Program-made: the position numbers and the translations under genes | The notes under the pieces: generated by a model | Seen by the model: the letters and a program-made list of their open reading frames with translations, nothing else | What the model was told of the DNA's origin: nothing | The model's database searches: none | Shown here: in pieces, positions 63,089 to 64,000 of the stretch | How positions within the stretch are numbered: position 1 is the first letter of the stretch | Layout of the letters: the number at the start of each line of letters is the position of its first letter | NCBI GenBank assembly: GCA_017635095.1 | Contig: JAGBMA010000092.1 | Span: 30,994 to 94,993 of the forward strand | Reading direction: 5' to 3' | DNA: 64,000 bases | Source of the DNA: Ruminiclostridium sp. | GTDB lineage: Bacteria; Bacillota; Clostridia; Oscillospirales; Ruminococcaceae

Positions 63089-63727
63089 ATGCCCGATACG
63101 ATAATTTCAGCGTCAATACTCAATTCCGACCTGTCCGATCTCAGAGGCACAGCTTCAAAGGTTGACGGAAGCGGAGCCGAATGGCTTCATTTCGACGTAA
63201 TGGACGGAGAGTTTGTTGACAACATAACTTTCGGAAGCTCGGTGCTTGCCGCCGTAAAGCCGCATTCCCGCGCTTTTATGGACGTGCATCTCATGGTGAT
63301 GCATCCGCAGAAGCAGGTGAAGCTGTTCGCGGACGCGGGCGCGCAGATGATAACGTTCCATGCTGAGAGCGACTGTGACCCGAAAGAGGTCATAGAGATG
63401 ATACATGGCTGCGGCTGCCGCGCAGGTATTGCTGTGAAGCCGAAAACGCCGGTGTCCGGGATCGTACCGTATATCACAGATGCGGATATGGTACTTGTTA
63501 TGACGGTCGAGCCGGGGTACGGCGGCCAGGGATTTATTCCGGAAACTCTTGATAAGATACGCGATGTCCGCCGTATGGCACCGGAGAAGGATATTGAAGT
63601 TGACGGGGGAATGAACCGAGAGACATCAAAGCTTGTCCGTGAAGCCGGGGCGAATGTGATCGTTGCGGGAACGTTCCTGTTCCGCGCGGAGGATATGGGA
63701 GCCGCGGTCTCCGGGCTCAGAGCGTAA
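63089..63727 (+). CDS. rpe: ribulose-phosphate 3-epimerase
   Basis: SILNSD, HFDVMDG.FV.NITFG, DVHLMV, MTVEPGYGGQ.F and VDGG are Rpe motifs. A TTGACG-17-TAAAAT promoter lies at 62993-63021. Confidence 0.93.
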   Translation: MPDTIISASILNSDLSDLRGTASKVDGSGAEWLHFDVMDGEFVDNITFGSSVLAAVKPHSRAFMDVHLMVMHPQKQVKLFADAGAQMITFHAESDCDPKEVIEMIHGCGCRAGIAVKPKTPVSGIVPYITDADMVLVMTVEPGYGGQGFIPETLDKIRDVRRMAPEKDIEVDGGMNRETSKLVREAGANVIVAGTFLFRAEDMGAAVSGLRA

Positions 63728-63799
63728 ACCCTTTCATCTCATCGCGACAGCTATAGGTGCAGGGCTTGCCCTGCCGCGGGACGGGGGCGCGCAGCCCCA

Positions 63800-63865
63800 G
63801 CGCCGTCTGCGAGGACAAGCGCGTGAGCGCCGTACCGCCGTCTGCGAGGACAAGCGCGTGAGCGC
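63800..63865. repeat. two tandem copies (35-bp period) of CCGTCTGCGAGGACAAGCGCGTGAGCGC
   Basis: Read directly from the sequence. The 14-mer AAGCGCGTGAGCGC also occurs at 60399-60412. Confidence 0.85.
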
Positions 63866-64000
63866 TCAGCACAGCGCTGACAGCCGGCTTACGGCTCCGG
63901 AGCGGCAGATCGGCGTTCCGTGCTCGGTGACGCAGGCTATGTCGGTGGGGTCGTCGGAGATGCCGCCGTATTCGCCCAGAATGTGTGACGCAAGACCGGA
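63866..64000 (-). CDS. C-terminal 44 codons of an unidentified protein (5' end lies outside the window)
   Basis: The reverse frame is open to the window edge and reads SGLASHILGEYGGISDDPTDIACVTEHGTPICRSGAVSRLSALC-stop. No family recognised. Confidence 0.3.
   Translation of the reverse strand, partial: SGLASHILGEYGGISDDPTDIACVTEHGTPICRSGAVSRLSALC

Noticed and set aside
1-64000. Search for tRNA, rRNA, tmRNA, RNase P, transposase, integrase and defence-system genes
   Set aside because: I found no cloverleaf-like GTTCGAATC T-arm contexts, no rRNA-like conserved blocks, and no DDE/tyrosine/serine recombinase or recognisable defence-protein motifs in any listed ORF. Absence is judged by eye only and should be confirmed with tRNAscan-SE, Infernal and HMM searches.

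Overview
This 64-kb window looks like a chromosomal segment of a spore-forming anaerobic Firmicute (Clostridia-like). That assignment is an inference from spoIVA, rubrerythrin, a T-box-controlled trp operon and the GH43/GH27/GH25 genes. I can support about 55 protein-coding genes. They cover housekeeping functions (argF 3' end, folD, lgt, mnmA, ppk1, leuS, rpe, tmcAL, trpEGDCFBA), sporulation (spoIVA plus a LysM/SipL-like partner), carbohydrate use (solute-binding protein, GH43, GH27, galM) and envelope functions (MBOAT, polysaccharide deacetylase, GH25 muramidase, bactofilin). I recognised no rRNA, tRNA, CRISPR array, transposase or integrase.

The most interesting loci are:
1. 33005-35114: three translationally coupled small ORFs carry seven exact YGPPE[M/W] motifs and sit directly upstream of a radical SAM/SPASM enzyme. 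This is a candidate uncharacterised peptide-modification (RiPP-like) locus. It is followed by a roughly 150-nt nested inverted repeat and an ABC-2/GldG/DUF4340 module.
2. 53605-55976: a 2.37-kb AT-rich gene-free island lies between the divergent MBOAT and deacetylase genes. It contains four GGATATT boxes at an exact 21-bp period, a dispersed family of roughly 25-nt repeats and conserved hairpins.
3. 24646-25705: a repeat-bearing lipoprotein with a toxin-like C-terminal module is followed by a CPCC-family small protein.
4. 52085-52200: an 18-bp tandem array repeats the MBOAT stop codon in frame.
5. 6990-8832: a phage Mu-F-like remnant, a small self-contained gene and an orphan prepilin gene.

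All functional calls rest on motif recognition by eye from the translations. No database search was run.
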